64,000 nt of DNA from Candidatus Latescibacterota bacterium (GTDB taxonomy: Bacteria; Krumholzibacteriota; Krumholzibacteriia; WVZY01): positions 21,634-85,633 of the forward strand of contig WVZY01000016.1 in the NCBI GenBank assembly GCA_011772205.1. Direction: 5' to 3'. The notes beneath the pieces are model-generated. The model was not told the DNA's origin and ran no database searches. It saw nothing but the letters and a program-made list of their open reading frames with translations. Within the stretch, counting starts at the first letter, position 1; the number at the start of each line of letters is the position of its first letter. Positions 37,841 to 47,995 of the stretch are shown here, piece by piece. The position numbers and the translations under genes are program-made.

Positions 37841-38923
37841 ATGGCCGAAGCTAAAGAAAGAAAAACCGATATTGGGCCGCCGCATTACGAGAAATTAATG
37901 CCGCCCATCATCAAGAAGAACTACGGCAAGTGGAAATACCACGAGCGCCTGAAACCCGGCGTTCTGGTGCATGTCGCTGAATCGGGAGACAAGCTGTTCA
38001 CGGTGCGCGCCGGTTCCCCGAGATTGGTCAGTGTGGAGTATCTGCGCAAGTACGCCGAACTGGCTGATAAGTACTGCGATGGCTACCTGCGTTTCACGAG
38101 CCGGAACAACGTCGAGTTCCTGCTCACGGACGAATCCAAGATCGATCCATTGATCAAAGAACTGAAGTCCGAGGGCTTTCCCGTGGGCGGCGTCGGCGCG
38201 GCGATCTCGAATATCGTTCATACGCAGGGGTGGGTTCACTGTCACTCCGCTGCGACGGATGCTTCCGGGATCGTCAAGTCCGTCATGGACGACCTGCACG
38301 AGTACTTTGCGGGGAAGGAGGTTCCCGGCAAACTCCGCATCGCACTGGCTTGCTGTCTGAATATGTGCGGCGCCGTGCACTGCTCGGATATTGCCATCCT
38401 GGGTATCCACCGCCGCCCTCCGCGTATCGACCACAGCAACCTCAACAAGGTCTGCGAAATTCCCAATGTGATCGCATCGTGTCCCACGGGAGCGATACGC
38501 CCGGCAACGGTAGATGGCCAGTCATCTGTCGAAGTGGAAGAGGACAGGTGCATGTTCTGCGCCAACTGTTATACGGTCTGCCCATCCATGCCGCTCAATG
38601 ACCCCCTGAACGATGGATTGTCCATCTGGGTCGGCGGCAAGGTTTCCAACGCCCGCTCGGAGCCCAGGTTTTCCAAGCTGGCGATCCCTTATATCCCCAA
38701 CAATCCTCCTCGCTGGCCGGAGGTCGTGGAGGCCGTCAGGAACATCGTGGAGGTCTGGGTAAAGCATGCCCGCAAGTATGAGCGCATGGGCGAGTTCATC
38801 GATCGCATCGGCTGGCCTCGCTTCTTCAAGCTGACCGGGATCGAGTTCAGCAAGGAGCACATCGACGATTACAAGTACGCGGGACTGACGTACAAGCGAT
38901 CTGCCCAGCTGCGGCATTCCTGA
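37841..38923 (+). CDS. dsrB: Dissimilatory sulfite reductase beta subunit
   Basis: Contains [66 protein letters not shown] and [12 protein letters not shown]. Confidence 0.93.
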   Translation: MAEAKERKTDIGPPHYEKLMPPIIKKNYGKWKYHERLKPGVLVHVAESGDKLFTVRAGSPRLVSVEYLRKYAELADKYCDGYLRFTSRNNVEFLLTDESKIDPLIKELKSEGFPVGGVGAAISNIVHTQGWVHCHSAATDASGIVKSVMDDLHEYFAGKEVPGKLRIALACCLNMCGAVHCSDIAILGIHRRPPRIDHSNLNKVCEIPNVIASCPTGAIRPATVDGQSSVEVEEDRCMFCANCYTVCPSMPLNDPLNDGLSIWVGGKVSNARSEPRFSKLAIPYIPNNPPRWPEVVEAVRNIVEVWVKHARKYERMGEFIDRIGWPRFFKLTGIEFSKEHIDDYKYAGLTYKRSAQLRHS

Positions 38924-39044
38924 TGCCGGTGGACTCATCCCGAGAGTCCACTCGGAGGCAGCCTGAAACGCCTCGAGGGAAACAAAGCGCGAAAAGCAAT
39001 ACCGTAGCAGCTGATTGCTGTCATCGGGAAAACGATCGAAAAAA

Positions 39045-39086
39045 CCGGCAGCGGCTCCAGCAACCTGGAGCACTGCCGGTTTGCTT
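39045..39086. terminator. Bidirectional rho-independent terminator between convergent dsrB and the 39108 membrane-protein gene
   Basis: AAAAA-CCGGCAGCGGCTCCAG-CAAC-CTGGAGCACTGCCGG-TTTGCTT. A long GC-rich stem is flanked by an A-run and a T-run. Confidence 0.65.
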
Positions 39087-39107
39087 ATTACGCGCGGGCC
39101 TTTACTC

Positions 39108-39551
39108 TCAGTGCCCGCCCGAAATGAGGCCGCTCGCCGCTAAGCAAAGCACCAGAACCTCGAGCAGGGCGATAACTACGTATATCTTGTCCTTCTTTTT
39201 TATCAAAACGGGAACAATGGCTATGTAGCATACGATCGTGAGGCCGGCCAGTATGGCTATTCCGATGAAGTTGAGGAGGTCACCGCGTCCCACCATCATA
39301 ATCCATCCCCATCCACCCGGGCAGCCGGACGCCTGAAGGTAGTCCGCGACGTTCATTGACCAGTATTGGGAGAGCGTACCCATCGGAAGGCACGGATCGA
39401 CCGCTCCGGAGACGTAAACGATAAACGTGATGAACAATACCAACAAGCCAATATACATGCCCTTGGCCAGAATACTCGCATACAGCTCCTGCTCCTCTAG
39501 CTTGATTTTGTAATCGGGTTCGATTTCAAGTTCTTCATTATCTATTTCCAT
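39108..39551 (-). CDS. Small polytopic membrane protein (possible DUF1634-like partner of the TauE permease)
   Basis: The internal start ATG 39551 (GAGGAG upstream) gives MEIDNEELEIEPDYKIKLEEQELYASILAKGMYIGLLVLFITFIVYVSG. There are 3-4 hydrophobic helices. It lies 40 nt downstream of the TauE gene. The family assignment is tentative. Confidence 0.5.
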   Translation of the reverse strand: MEIDNEELEIEPDYKIKLEEQELYASILAKGMYIGLLVLFITFIVYVSGAVDPCLPMGTLSQYWSMNVADYLQASGCPGGWGWIMMVGRGDLLNFIGIAILAGLTIVCYIAIVPVLIKKKDKIYVVIALLEVLVLCLAASGLISGGH

Positions 39552-39591
39552 GGTCTTGATCGCTCCTCGTGAACCAGTCAGTTTGACATGG

Positions 39592-40605
39592 CTACAAATG
39601 ATCCACAAGCGCCGATGCCTCGGACATGGCGTGGTGAGGTTGTTCAACGCTATTGATCGATGTGATTCCCTTGTGCACCGCTTTGAATCCCGCGAATGCC
39701 AGAACCAAAATCACCATCCATCGAATGATCGTGGGTTTGGAGATCCTCAAAAGGCGAACGCCCACAAACGACCCGAGCATAATGCCCACCAGCGAAGGCA
39801 CGACCATCAAAGGAATCACGCAGCCTCTGTTCATGTAGATCCATGCGGCCGAGGTATCAGTGATGGACAGAAGAAACTTGCTCGTGGCCACGCTGGTCTT
39901 CAAGGGAGCCCCCATGACGAGATTCAGCACGGGCACGTTGGCCCATCCGGCACCAAGTCCGAACATACCCGCCATAACGCCTATGATCGTGAAGAGACAC
40001 AGGCCGAGTGGCGTCCGGTGGATTTTCCATTCGATGATTTGTCCCGTGCTCTCTTCCCTGTACACGCCGTAAATCTTCAAAGTTCTGGAGAGCGTGTCTG
40101 CCTGGGGAACATCCGGGATGGTCGACTTCTTCGCCACAAACATCAGCACACAGATTCCGAGGATGGTTGTCCCCAGGCAGATCTGAACGACATGGGTCGG
40201 CAGCGCAAGTCCGATCATGGCGCCGACGATGGCGCAGGTGGAGGCGATGAGCGCCACGGGGAGAGCCAGCCTCAAACTGGCCAGTCTGGTTTTCAGTAAA
40301 CCGGGTCCGGCGGCCAAGGCACCTGAGAGCGCCACCAGCAGACCGGTCGCACGAACGAAGTCCAGGTGAAAAGGAAAGAACCCGCTTATGATGGGCACAA
40401 AGAGAACGCCGCCACCAACTCCGGCAAGTACGGCCACGACACCCATGACGAAGGTAACCACGAACAAGATCAATGGCCAAATCCACCAAGGCGCGCCATC
40501 AGCAGCAGGTGCCATTGATCCGGCAGCACCGCCAGCTTGAAGAGGACCCGCCACCGGAGCGATCAATAGAAGCCCAAGAAGCACAGCGTTTCCAAACTTG
40601 CCCAT
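39592..40605 (-). CDS. TauE/SafE-family (DUF81) anion permease
   Basis: 337 aa. Signal-like N-terminus, then VLAGVGGGVLFVPIISGF and IIGVMAGMFGLGAGWANVPVLNLVMG, the duplicated 4-TM module typical of the family. Confidence 0.8.
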   Translation of the reverse strand: MGKFGNAVLLGLLLIAPVAGPLQAGGAAGSMAPAADGAPWWIWPLILFVVTFVMGVVAVLAGVGGGVLFVPIISGFFPFHLDFVRATGLLVALSGALAAGPGLLKTRLASLRLALPVALIASTCAIVGAMIGLALPTHVVQICLGTTILGICVLMFVAKKSTIPDVPQADTLSRTLKIYGVYREESTGQIIEWKIHRTPLGLCLFTIIGVMAGMFGLGAGWANVPVLNLVMGAPLKTSVATSKFLLSITDTSAAWIYMNRGCVIPLMVVPSLVGIMLGSFVGVRLLRISKPTIIRWMVILVLAFAGFKAVHKGITSINSVEQPHHAMSEASALVDHL

Positions 40606-40626
40606 CTTCCCTACTTCTCAACGATG

Positions 40627-41022
40627 CTATGCGATGATTTCCAGGTCCATCGCCGGCGGATTGGTCAATGTCCCGTGAATGGGGCACGCTTCAGCAATGC
40701 GCCGAATGATCGGCTTTTTATCTTCGGGAACGTCCCGGGGAATCTCGAGGTCGATCGTTATAGCACCCACGCGCTTGGGATTATCGGCGAGTTCAAAGGT
40801 GAGGCTCGCCGACACTTCGCCGTCGTGATATCCGTGCTTGTCGCAGTAGCGCTGAACCATCATCGCAATGCAAGCTCCGAGGGAACCTACAAGCAATTCA
40901 GAAGGCGACAGGCCCTGATCCCGGCCGCCGTCGTCCTCCAACATATCGCTGATTGCCTGATGCCCTCGAACCTGAATCGCGAATTCCAGGCCGCTCTTGC
41001 GCGTGATACTAATGAGGTCCAT
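40627..41022 (-). CDS. OsmC/Ohr-family protein
   Basis: 131 aa. Contains GRDQGLSPSELLVGSLGACIAMMV and IAEACPIHGTL, the two conserved Cys-containing motifs of OsmC-like proteins. Confidence 0.85.
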   Translation of the reverse strand: MDLISITRKSGLEFAIQVRGHQAISDMLEDDGGRDQGLSPSELLVGSLGACIAMMVQRYCDKHGYHDGEVSASLTFELADNPKRVGAITIDLEIPRDVPEDKKPIIRRIAEACPIHGTLTNPPAMDLEIIA

Positions 41023-41068
41023 CGCGCTTCAATAGTCGTGCCCTTCGGAGCCGATTGCCCCTGGCAGC

Positions 41069-42298
41069 TTACTTCTTTTCGCCTTCGCCCGTAGCGAAAC
41101 CATGGAGCTTTATATCGACTTTCTTCTCGAGACCCTGATAGTAGTCCTGCAGGATTGTTAGAACCTCGGGCCGGCTGAAGTCGGCTGGTACCTCGCCACC
41201 TTCGGACAGCGTCTTGCGCAGCATTGTACCGCTGAGGAGCAGACGGTCCTCCTTGCCGTGCGGGCAGGTCTTCATTGAGGCCATGCCACGACACTTGAAG
41301 CAGTAGAAGGTCCAATCGATCTTGAGCGGCTGGCACTCCAGCGCGTCTTTGGGGATCTCTTCAAAGATCTTTTGCGCATCGAAAGGACCGTAATAGTCGC
41401 CTACTCCCGCATGATCGCGGCCAACGATCAGGTGACTGCAGCCGTAGTTCTGGCGGAAAACTGCATGAAGCAGCGCTTCGCGTGGCCCGCCATAGCGCAT
41501 CTCCAAAGGATAACCTCCCTGGATCACCGAATCCTTAAGGAAGTAATTATCCACCAACACGTCGATGCATTTGACCCGGACATCGGCAGGGATGTCGCCG
41601 GCTTTCAGCTTGCCCAAGAGCTGATGGATGTACAGGCCGTCGAGTATCTCGAGAGCAATCTTGGCCAAGTATTCATGTGAGCGGTGCATGGGATTACGCA
41701 GCTGCAGGGCCGCTACAGTGCTCCATCCCTTTTCCTCGAACATTTTGCGCGCTTCCGCCGGACGTTGGTAGATGCCCGCAAATTCCTCGGGGAAGTAGCT
41801 CTCGCTGATTACTTTGATGGGGCCCGCAAGGTTGACATCCTTCTGAGACATCACCTTGGCAACGCCCGGATGCTCGGTATCGGTGGTCCTGAAGACCTCT
41901 CGGCATTCCAATTCCTTGTCAATGGCGTACTTCTTGGTGACGGTCATGGTGGCAATGGGATCCAGGCTCTCCTCGTCAATAAGCACGACCTCCTCATTAT
42001 CTTTGATTGCATTTGCATCTTCTTTGGTCGCTGATACTGTCACCGGGATCGGCCAGAAGGTACCGTCTTTGAGTTTCATGTCCCGGCAGACGCCCTTCCA
42101 ATCCTCATCGCACATAAAACCTCCCAGTGGCGTGAACGCGCCGATGCCCATCATGATTGCATCACCCGTCTCACGGGACGTAATCGGAACCTTTCGCAGC
42201 CCTTCGGCTTTCTTCTTCTCCTCGGACAGCTCCTTTCCCTCCAGCAGGAGCGGCTTGAGCTTTTTGTCCTTACCGTGTGGTTTCACTAACTTGCTCAT
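41069..42298 (-). CDS. sat: Sulfate adenylyltransferase (ATP sulfurylase)
   Basis: Start ATG 42298 (AAGGAGG upstream) gives [21 protein letters not shown]. Motifs [13 protein letters not shown] and VGRDHAGVG. Confidence 0.93.
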   Translation of the reverse strand: MSKLVKPHGKDKKLKPLLLEGKELSEEKKKAEGLRKVPITSRETGDAIMMGIGAFTPLGGFMCDEDWKGVCRDMKLKDGTFWPIPVTVSATKEDANAIKDNEEVVLIDEESLDPIATMTVTKKYAIDKELECREVFRTTDTEHPGVAKVMSQKDVNLAGPIKVISESYFPEEFAGIYQRPAEARKMFEEKGWSTVAALQLRNPMHRSHEYLAKIALEILDGLYIHQLLGKLKAGDIPADVRVKCIDVLVDNYFLKDSVIQGGYPLEMRYGGPREALLHAVFRQNYGCSHLIVGRDHAGVGDYYGPFDAQKIFEEIPKDALECQPLKIDWTFYCFKCRGMASMKTCPHGKEDRLLLSGTMLRKTLSEGGEVPADFSRPEVLTILQDYYQGLEKKVDIKLHGFATGEGEKK

Positions 42299-42404
42299 TG
42301 TGTCTGTGCCTCCTTCCATGAAGACTCTCGTCAATCGCTAGACCACATAACATTGACTTTCCTTTTTCTCAATAAAGGAATCCTCTGTGGAAAAGCATCT
42401 ATGG

Positions 42405-43562
42405 TTATTGCTCTGCCGACTCCACGGCTTCTTCCCTGCCGGAATATCTGGCGTGCACGAGCGCCACTGTCCGGTAGACCATGTGCGCGAACCGGGAGAA
42501 CGGCAGATAGATCAATAGAGCAAACACCACCACCAGGTGGACGAAATAGACCGGATATGCTACGGATGCGATATTCACGAAGCGCAGAATTTCCGTGACA
42601 ATTCCCGTGATGATCACGGCGTAAAGAATCCAGATAAACGTCCAATCATTATAGGTGCTGATTTCTGTATCTCGTTGCTTCCTAGCTCGTTCGTAAATGA
42701 TCCAAGTGACGCCGACGAGCATTGCTAGCGTACTCACGTTGCCGAAAATTTTGAGTGGATGAAACAGGGGGAGCGGGTAGTAATGAAAGACATATTCGCT
42801 AATCACGACGGCAATAGTAGTCAGGAACAGACCGGCGAAGCCGTAGAAGGTCAGCAGGTGTGATATATACCGGTTCTTGTTTTCAGTGCAGTCCCGGAAC
42901 TTGGTGTGGGTCAGGATGTCTTTCACCGCGCCTACGATGCCGGTTCCTACGCTGCTGGTGCTGGCCGTTGTTGAGCTTTGGTTGAAACTTTGCCTGGAAA
43001 TCCGGCTGTTGAGATCCTTCCAGAAGCGCGACACGCCGACCAAGCAAGCAACGATCATGAGAGCAACGAACGAGCCGAAGAATATTTGAAGCGGCAAATG
43101 CGCGAAGAAACGCCCGTATTCCACATCGCCCGGAGGTGGATTGAGAGTTCCGAGCCCTGCTAGCACTGCGAGTATGAGTACAGCCGGGATGCCCAGGAGC
43201 AGCGGGAGAAACGCCGGTTTGCCGAGAGCTTTGCCCATGAATCGGGGAAATGAGTAATTGCGGATGGTATAATCCCGCACGGCCGCGAGAACGTCGCTCG
43301 GCGCAGCACTCCTTGGACAAGTAACGTTGCAGTCGCCGCAGCGATGACACAACCAGACATCGGGATCGCCGATGAGCTTGTCCTTGAGACCCCACTGCGC
43401 CCAGATCATTTCTTTGCGGGGAAACGGATGCCGATCTGGAGAAAGCGTGCAGGAGATCGAGCAGGTGGCGCACTGGAAACACTGCTTCAGACTCTCGCCG
43501 CCCAGGTCGATGATTTCCCGTACAAACTCCCTGTCCGGTTTTACTAGATAGGCGTCCGGCAT
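42405..43562 (-). CDS. qmoC: QmoC (HdrC-like Fe-S domain fused to an HdrE-like membrane cytochrome b domain)
   Basis: Contains CFQCATCSISC and CHRCGDCNVTCPR, followed by about 6 TM helices. The start could be ATG 43562 or TTG 43574. It lies 3-15 nt after qmoB. Confidence 0.85.
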   Translation of the reverse strand: MPDAYLVKPDREFVREIIDLGGESLKQCFQCATCSISCTLSPDRHPFPRKEMIWAQWGLKDKLIGDPDVWLCHRCGDCNVTCPRSAAPSDVLAAVRDYTIRNYSFPRFMGKALGKPAFLPLLLGIPAVLILAVLAGLGTLNPPPGDVEYGRFFAHLPLQIFFGSFVALMIVACLVGVSRFWKDLNSRISRQSFNQSSTTASTSSVGTGIVGAVKDILTHTKFRDCTENKNRYISHLLTFYGFAGLFLTTIAVVISEYVFHYYPLPLFHPLKIFGNVSTLAMLVGVTWIIYERARKQRDTEISTYNDWTFIWILYAVIITGIVTEILRFVNIASVAYPVYFVHLVVVFALLIYLPFSRFAHMVYRTVALVHARYSGREEAVESAEQ

Positions 43563-43577
43563 GCTTCCCACCAACTC

Positions 43578-45833
43578 CTAAAGACCCTTGAACGGATTCG
43601 GACCCACCTCATCTATTTGCTCGGCGAACTCATCTATGATTTGCTGCAGTCTGCCGTACTCGGAGATGGATATCTCCTCCACGCGGATCCGCTCCGATTC
43701 GAGAACGAGCTGTTCCAGCTTCTCCTGTATGTTTTCGCCGCGCGTCCCCATTAATTCGCTGCCGCGAATGAAGTGACACTGATAATCGTCGCCCGATTTG
43801 CAGCCGATGAGCAATATGCCGTCATATCCCCGCGAAAGCGCATCGCTGATCCAGACCACGTTCACCGATCCAAGGCAACGGACCGGGATAAAACGAATGT
43901 ACGGAGAATAACGAAGGCGCTTGATCCCAATCGTATCCAGAGCTGGATAGGCGTCGTTCTCGCAGATGAGGCCCAGCAAGCGTGGTTTTTCTTCATCTTC
44001 ATCGGGAACTTCAACGGCTTTGATCATGGATGAAAGGATTTCGATGGAATAGTCGGCAAAATTGACGATGCGTTCCGGACAGGATCCTAGACAGATACCG
44101 CAGCGACGGCAACGGAAGGGATTGGGCTGGGGCGTACCCTCGGCATCTTCGTTTAACGTTCCGAACGGGCATTCCATCGTGCAGCGCTTGCACTGCGTGC
44201 AGCGCTGCATGAAGAAGTCGGGGATCGACCGGTCCTCCCAGCGAGGGTGAACGGCCGCGCCCTGCGACGATAACTCCACGCATTGGATGGCTTTCATCGC
44301 CGCACCTGCAGCGTCCTCCCGGCACGCGTCAGTATCGTTCGGTGCACGCATGCATCCAGCAGCATAAATACCCGTGCGGCGGGTTTCGTACGGAAAACAG
44401 ATAAAATGGGAGTCGGGAAAATCGTACTTGAGAGCGGGTAAATCAGGTCCTTGTCTGTAATCGAGGTTCAGGATTTCAGTTCCCTCATGGTGCGCGAGTT
44501 TTACGACCGTTTCCTTCGCCGCATCGAGCTTGGCTCCCTCTTCGCCTTGTGCTATCAGCTCACGAGCGCTTTTCAATGCGCGAATCGCCTCACCATCCGC
44601 CGCCACCGGGACCATGCCCGTGGCCAGCACGACGAGGTCGGCATCCACCTGGATATGCGGCTCTATGAGCGTGTTCTCCACGTCGACTCGGAGACGGTCG
44701 CCATCAATCGGCTCGACGCCTATCACGTCGCCCTTGGTGAGAAAGATGTCCGTGTTTTCCTGCACGCGGCGGTAAAAATCCTCGTATTGCCCGGGTGAAC
44801 GGATGTCCTTGTACAGAATGTACACCTGCGCATCAGGATTGCGCTCCCGGATATGGATCGCCTGCTTGAGGGAGGTTCGACAGCAAACGGCCGAGCAGTA
44901 CGGCAGGTGTTCGGCATCGCGCGAGCCTGCGCATTGAATGAATGCAACACTCTTGGCTGGTTGGCCGTCGGAAGGCCTGGTGATGGTTCCGTTCCCTGCG
45001 AGTTCCTCCATCTGGACATTGGTAATCACATTTGGAGATCGGCCGTAACAAAGATGGCTCAACTTCGTTGCATCGTACGGCTTCCAACCCGTCGCCTGAA
45101 TAATGGCCCCAATACGAAATGTGACCGTCTTGCTCCCAACTTTGACGGAGACGTCGAATTGACCGGGCTGGCCACTGATTTTTTCAATTGCCGCCCCTTT
45201 AATAACATGGATTCGCTCGTGTCCTTCGACCTCTGCGACCATCTCCTGGCATTGCGTTGGCTGCGGATCTCGATAGGGAGGCCGTTTGGGAAACAGGCTG
45301 GTGAACTTCGTCAACCAGCCGCCGAGATGCTCTTCTTTTTCCACAAGCGTAACCTGGTAACCGGCCCTGGCGGCTTCCAGCGCCGCTGTCATACCGGTAA
45401 TCCCACCACCCACTACGAGAATGGTCTTGTTGACCTCTTCGAGATGGGGTTCCGGCCGCTTGGCTTTCCGTGCTCTTGCTATCCCAATGCGGAAATAGTC
45501 TTCCGCGAGCATCTGTGTATCTTCATTATTTGGCTCGTGGCACCACACAACGTGCTCCCGAAGATTAACCCGCTCGGTAAAGCACTTGTCAAATGTGAAA
45601 GCAGCCGTCATGGCCCGTGGCGAACACGCTGCAATCACAACAGCCTCTGCTCCCTCATTGACATCTTTCTTAATGGTTTCAATGCCTTCCGGCCCGCACA
45701 GCCAGGGATGGTCCCGGCAGATCTCGATTCCGGAATCATTGGTAGCCACGTTGCGCAGCGCTTCGATATCGAGCGACTTATCGATATCACAGCCGCGACA
45801 AATGTACGTTGCGATTCGCTTTTCTTCTCCCAC
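43578..45833 (-). CDS. qmoB: QmoB (HdrA-like flavoprotein with an MvhD-like C-terminal domain)
   Basis: 751 aa. FAD motif ILVVGGGITGMTAALEAARAG. Ferredoxin motifs CTQCKRCTMECPFG and CRRCGICLGSCP. The C-terminus reads LGLICENDAYPALD...LLIGCKSGDDYQCHF. Confidence 0.9.
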   Translation of the reverse strand: MGEEKRIATYICRGCDIDKSLDIEALRNVATNDSGIEICRDHPWLCGPEGIETIKKDVNEGAEAVVIAACSPRAMTAAFTFDKCFTERVNLREHVVWCHEPNNEDTQMLAEDYFRIGIARARKAKRPEPHLEEVNKTILVVGGGITGMTAALEAARAGYQVTLVEKEEHLGGWLTKFTSLFPKRPPYRDPQPTQCQEMVAEVEGHERIHVIKGAAIEKISGQPGQFDVSVKVGSKTVTFRIGAIIQATGWKPYDATKLSHLCYGRSPNVITNVQMEELAGNGTITRPSDGQPAKSVAFIQCAGSRDAEHLPYCSAVCCRTSLKQAIHIRERNPDAQVYILYKDIRSPGQYEDFYRRVQENTDIFLTKGDVIGVEPIDGDRLRVDVENTLIEPHIQVDADLVVLATGMVPVAADGEAIRALKSARELIAQGEEGAKLDAAKETVVKLAHHEGTEILNLDYRQGPDLPALKYDFPDSHFICFPYETRRTGIYAAGCMRAPNDTDACREDAAGAAMKAIQCVELSSQGAAVHPRWEDRSIPDFFMQRCTQCKRCTMECPFGTLNEDAEGTPQPNPFRCRRCGICLGSCPERIVNFADYSIEILSSMIKAVEVPDEDEEKPRLLGLICENDAYPALDTIGIKRLRYSPYIRFIPVRCLGSVNVVWISDALSRGYDGILLIGCKSGDDYQCHFIRGSELMGTRGENIQEKLEQLVLESERIRVEEISISEYGRLQQIIDEFAEQIDEVGPNPFKGL

Positions 45834-45842
45834 TGGACGACC

Positions 45843-47102
45843 TCACACGCAATTTTGAAGAGCCTTCAACGCCGTGCCCGTGGCATCGCGCATACAGGCG
45901 GACACATCGACCGGCCGCTTCGCGCAGCCCGCGACTAATAATCCTGGCTGGTTCTGCTCGGCGACGAGGAACCCATGCTCGTCCCGAATCAATCCATTCG
46001 GCACATCGACGCCGACCTCTGATGGAACGATTCCCGTGGCCAGTACAACGAGGTTCACACGCTGGCTAACTCGTCCACCGCCGAAAACATCCTCCGCCTC
46101 GACCACCAAGTCCTGGGTCGCGGGGTCCTCTTCGATCTTGGCGACCTTGCCCTTTACTATTGACAGCTTCTCGTCCTCCTGCCGGGCGGCATAGAAATCC
46201 TCCAACCGCCCTGGTGCTCTCACATCGATATAAAAAATGAAAATTTGAGTTTCCGGATACTGCTCTCGTATGTATGTCGCCTGCTTCAGTGAAGCCAGGC
46301 AGCACACTCCTGAACAGTGCTTCAGATAGTTCTCATCCCGCGAGCCGGCGCATTGAACGAAGGCGACGCTATCGATCTCCTTGCCGTCGGACGGCCTCGT
46401 AATGCGTCCCTCAGTCGGCCCGTTTGCAGCCGCCAGCCTTTCCATAATGCTGTTTGTGATGACGTTCGAGTACTGGCCGAATCCGAGATTTTCGATCTGC
46501 GCAGCATCATAGGGCTGCCACCCAGTGGCGAATACAACCGCACCAACCTCGACCTCTTCCGTGCGAGGCTTTTCCTCCAGATCGACGGCATTGTACTGGC
46601 AGGCCTCGACACACTTTGAACATGAAGTCCCCTCGCACACTCCCCCATCGATCACGAAGCGCTGGGGGTAAACTGCCTCGAATGGAAGATAAATCGCTTT
46701 CGTCTTGTCCAGGCCATAGTTGAAAACGTTCGACCGCTCGACCGGACACACATCGACGCACGCCCCGCAGGCCGTGCAGTTCTCGTTAACATGGCGGGGA
46801 TAATGCTTGATCGTCGCTCGGTAGTTCCCAGGCTCGCCAACAATCTTCTCGACCTCAGCAAGGGTATGGCATTGTATGCGACCGTTCGCGCGCAAGCGCC
46901 GCAAACTGATCTCCAGGCCACACATCGGCGGGCAGAGCTTGGGAAAGTACTTGTTCGATTGGGCAACGCGGCCGCCCAAGTATGCATTCTTTTCGACCAG
47001 AACAATACTGCATCCCGCCTCCGCAGCCTCGATGGCCACGGTGATACCGCTTATCCCGCCCCCGATGACGAGAATCTTGCCCTGTTTGCCGTTTCCGCTC
47101 AT
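45843..47102 (-). CDS. qmoA: QmoA (HdrA-like flavoprotein)
   Basis: 419 aa. Contains KILVIGGGISGITVAIEAAEAG and CTACGACVDVCP...CSKCVEACQYNA. It is followed by qmoB after 9 nt. Confidence 0.9.
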   Translation of the reverse strand: MSGNGKQGKILVIGGGISGITVAIEAAEAGCSIVLVEKNAYLGGRVAQSNKYFPKLCPPMCGLEISLRRLRANGRIQCHTLAEVEKIVGEPGNYRATIKHYPRHVNENCTACGACVDVCPVERSNVFNYGLDKTKAIYLPFEAVYPQRFVIDGGVCEGTSCSKCVEACQYNAVDLEEKPRTEEVEVGAVVFATGWQPYDAAQIENLGFGQYSNVITNSIMERLAAANGPTEGRITRPSDGKEIDSVAFVQCAGSRDENYLKHCSGVCCLASLKQATYIREQYPETQIFIFYIDVRAPGRLEDFYAARQEDEKLSIVKGKVAKIEEDPATQDLVVEAEDVFGGGRVSQRVNLVVLATGIVPSEVGVDVPNGLIRDEHGFLVAEQNQPGLLVAGCAKRPVDVSACMRDATGTALKALQNCV

Positions 47103-47995
47103 TACTTCTCCTCTTCGGGGCCCTCCACCGACTCCTTTTCGAAGAGCTTTTTCTTTTCGAGCGTCCCTTTGAACGCCTCGATGACCTCTGATTTCACTTT
47201 AACAGTCTTCTCGCCGAAAATACTGAACTGCAGCCAGAGAAACGCGAAACGCAGGAGCGTTTCGTCGTTGTAACTCATTTCATCGACGAAATCCTCGTCC
47301 ACCTCGAATCGTTGCAACAGCGTGCTACCGAATACGAATTCCCGGAACTTATCCAAGTCGTAGCAGGCGGTAAAAAACATGTGCATCTTCTCGGGAGAGA
47401 GGACCCCTCCATCATCGAAGAACTTGTGAAGGGTCAATTCCTTGAATCCTTCGCCCCACTCGTCGTACTCGCTGACGCCCTGATCATCCAGCCACTGTCC
47501 GACGGTCCACTTCGTTGGCTCTTCGAAGCCCTCACACCCTTCTTCCTGCAAAAGGAAGTAGAACCGCTCGCCGCGCCATCCGTCCGGCGTGTCCTTTTGC
47601 GCCGCCAGCCCCAAGGGATACATGCGGCAGGGCCACGGCCGATCCGAATAGATGCTGCACCCACCCTCCGACAGAAACGGACACGTTTTGGCTTCATCGT
47701 CGTTCATGCGCAGCATGACGACCGGCGTTTTCATTTCCTTGTGGATGGGCATGAGGGTGTATTGCTTGAGGAATTCGCTCGATTTCATCTCGAGCCGCTT
47801 CCTCATGCGCAGAACGTCGTAAGGGGACAGGAAGATGTTGACGTCGCTACAGCACTTGTTGAAACACGAAATGCCGGGGTGGCAGGAAAACGTGAAGGTG
47901 TCTTCTGGACCTAGCCGGGGATAGTCCTTCAAGATTTTCTCTTGAAGCTGCTCTTGCGGATCCTTTGGAAAGGGGGAGCGCTTCTCTTCGCTCAT
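47102..47995 (-). CDS. YkgJ/UPF0153-like CxxCxxCC cysteine-cluster protein, coupled to qmoA
   Basis: 297 aa. Contains FSCHPGISCFNKCCSDVNIFLSPYDV and CPFLSEGGCSIYSDRPWPCRMYP. Its TAA stop overlaps the qmoA ATG by 1 nt (TAATG). Confidence 0.7.
   Translation of the reverse strand: MSEEKRSPFPKDPQEQLQEKILKDYPRLGPEDTFTFSCHPGISCFNKCCSDVNIFLSPYDVLRMRKRLEMKSSEFLKQYTLMPIHKEMKTPVVMLRMNDDEAKTCPFLSEGGCSIYSDRPWPCRMYPLGLAAQKDTPDGWRGERFYFLLQEEGCEGFEEPTKWTVGQWLDDQGVSEYDEWGEGFKELTLHKFFDDGGVLSPEKMHMFFTACYDLDKFREFVFGSTLLQRFEVDEDFVDEMSYNDETLLRFAFLWLQFSIFGEKTVKVKSEVIEAFKGTLEKKKLFEKESVEGPEEEK

Noticed and set aside
38923-39228. 101-aa plus-strand ORF directly after dsrB, the position where dsrD is often found
   Set aside because: Arg/Ser/Thr-rich, with no DsrD-like winged-helix pattern. 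It reads through two terminator hairpins and into the convergent membrane-protein gene.
42335-42404. Weak Rex-like half-sites (TTGAGAAAAAGGAAAGTCAA on the minus strand) between qmoC and sat
   Set aside because: The right half matches only 4 of 7 positions of the inverted repeat, which is indistinguishable from chance.
44853-45938. 361-aa plus-strand ORF antisense to qmoB
   Set aside because: Shadow of qmoB. No RBS and no recognisable domain.
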